Translations under genes and position numbers: made by a program
From: Mobula hypostoma
Lineage: Eukaryota
Assembly: GCF_963921235.1 (NCBI RefSeq)
Contig: NC_086097.1
Location: forward strand, 14,880,001 to 14,944,000
DNA: 64,000 bases
Reading direction: 5' to 3'
The notes under the pieces: model-generated
What the model saw: the letters and a program-made list of their open reading frames with translations, nothing else
Told to the model about the DNA's origin: nothing
Databases searched by the model: none
Shown: piece after piece, positions 62,489 through 64,000 of the stretch
How the letters are laid out: the number at the start of each line of letters is the position of its first letter
Position numbering within the stretch: the first letter of the stretch is position 1

Positions 62489-64000
62489 TGAGGAACAAAA
62501 TGATGGACACAACAGGTTTTAATCTATGGCCAGTGGATTGGGTACTCTCCCAAAAAAAGCCTGTTGTGTGAACCGAGAACCTGTGTGCAAAATAAGACAC
62601 GCAGTCTTCCTTAATGTCAACAAGGGGAGGCCTAACCTCTGCCTTGGCAATGAATGCTAAAATTAGCCAAGTCAAGATTAGGAACACCGCTTGGAGAACA
62701 AATGCTGAAATCCTCCCACTCTGCCTACGCCGCAGTGGAAGGAAAGTTACAAGGTGCTGATCTTAACTGCCATTCTGTCAGTTAAGCTAAATGGTGGTTA
62801 CTATGGAGACCTACAAGTATTAATTTATCCAGCTGAGAAACAGGATGTTTTCAAGTTCGATATTTGTTTTGAATCAGGGATAAAGGCAAGGGTAAAAATG
62901 GAAAGCAAAACAAAACTGAAAGCATTACAATAGGGAAAATTAAACATAGAACAGGACATCACAGGAACAGGCCCCTTGACCCATAATGTTGTGCTGAACC
63001 AGATAAAAAGTAAATCAAAACCCCCCCATAAAACTAATCCCTTCTACCTGCACAATATCCCATCCCTCCGTCTTCCTCACAATCATGTTGCCAATCTAAC
63101 TACCTCCTAAAATCGTTCAATGTATTTGCCTCTACTACCATTCCAGAACTGTAGGCAATACTCCTGATGTGGACTAACTCGAGCTTCAATAAGCTTTCTT
63201 AAAGAGAAAAGAACTAAACAGAGTGGGAAAGAAGGGGCTACACTTTCCCATCCATAAAGAAATAAATATGACCCTGAACACATCATATGAAAGCAAGAGC
63301 TGAAAAAAAAACACAACACAGGAATAAGCCCATAATGCAAAATATGTACTATAACTCAACTCACATTTTGTCACCAACTTACTGATCTCAAGGGGTCTGA
63401 AACCCAAGTTCAGGCTCAGATAGATGGCTAAAGGAACAGGATTAAATTGGGAATAAAACAAATGTTCAAGTTGAAGTTTAACTGTCATTCAACCATACAT
63501 GAATATGCCCAAAGTGCAGAACAGAGTACCAACAGCACACAGCACAGAGTAAAGATAGCAGAAAAACATAGTAAAAAAAAAAGATAATATAGCCGAAGTC
63601 TCTGAGTGGCACGGGCTTTAGATTGATCGTGCATGGGATGTTGTCCTGGTCCAGCTAGTCTTCCAACAAGCTAACAGTGAATGGCAGTCCCCAACCCAAT
63701 ACAGATTCCAGTGCATCCACAGGAAGGAACAGGAACCCATTTCCAAGCTGTATTTGCTAGTATTGCTTCACTCCTTATCATTAGACAAGGAGGTATAATT
63801 GTGTTTTCCTTAAGAGTTATGGTAAATACTTCTGTATTAGCAGTATTGATTGCCCAGTCTCAGCTGCTCTACGGAAGGTGGTGATGAGCCATTTTCTGAA
63901 CAAGTGAAGACCTCTGGTACACTCAGTTGCCACAATTTTAGGTACATCAGCTTGTTAATACAAATATCTAGTCAGCCAGTCATGTGGCAATAACTCAATG

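Noticed and set aside
1..64000. Prokaryotic-type systems (CRISPR array, operon, retron or other defence RT locus)
   Set aside because: The DNA is vertebrate intron and exon sequence. I saw no regularly spaced repeat-spacer array, and all RT motifs (YADD/FADD) belong to decayed CR1, Rex1 or RTE LINEs.
43382..64000. Additional SETD3 exons or a nested protein-coding gene
   Set aside because: No ORF with SETD3 N-terminal or other recognisable host-protein similarity; very short exons cannot be excluded by eye.

Overview
Eukaryotic, repeat-rich vertebrate DNA. The repeat content (HE1/V-SINE-like SINEs, CR1, Rex1/Babar, RTE, Penelope-like elements, Tc1) points to a cartilaginous fish, probably a ray; the taxon is an inference. 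The only host gene I can support is the 3' part of SETD3 (actin-histidine N-methyltransferase) on the minus strand. It has seven GT-AG coding exons (59, 115, 75, 167, 86, 161 and 453 bp; 371 aa plus stop) between 43381 and 4630. The upstream exons were not found and presumably lie beyond 64000. Most other ORF-track entries are transposon debris or noise. The most notable signal is a family of about 200-250 bp fold-back (palindromic) insertions, several with 13-15 bp target-site duplications. They are built from the 3' end of a Penelope-like retroelement and carry a minimal hammerhead-ribozyme motif (CUGAnGA-stem II-GAAACGUC) on each arm. One young copy (13086-13330) keeps both motifs intact, and a GIY-YIG fragment at about 20357-20940 links the motif to its parent element. 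Also present: bipartite RTE-derived non-autonomous elements, a Passport-like Tc1 in a three-level nest, a long CR1 with an ORF1 esterase, a probable solo LTR, a strong CTCF site, and repeat-free intronic blocks that resemble conserved enhancers. Exon and TSD coordinates were counted from the sequence; other repeat boundaries are approximate.
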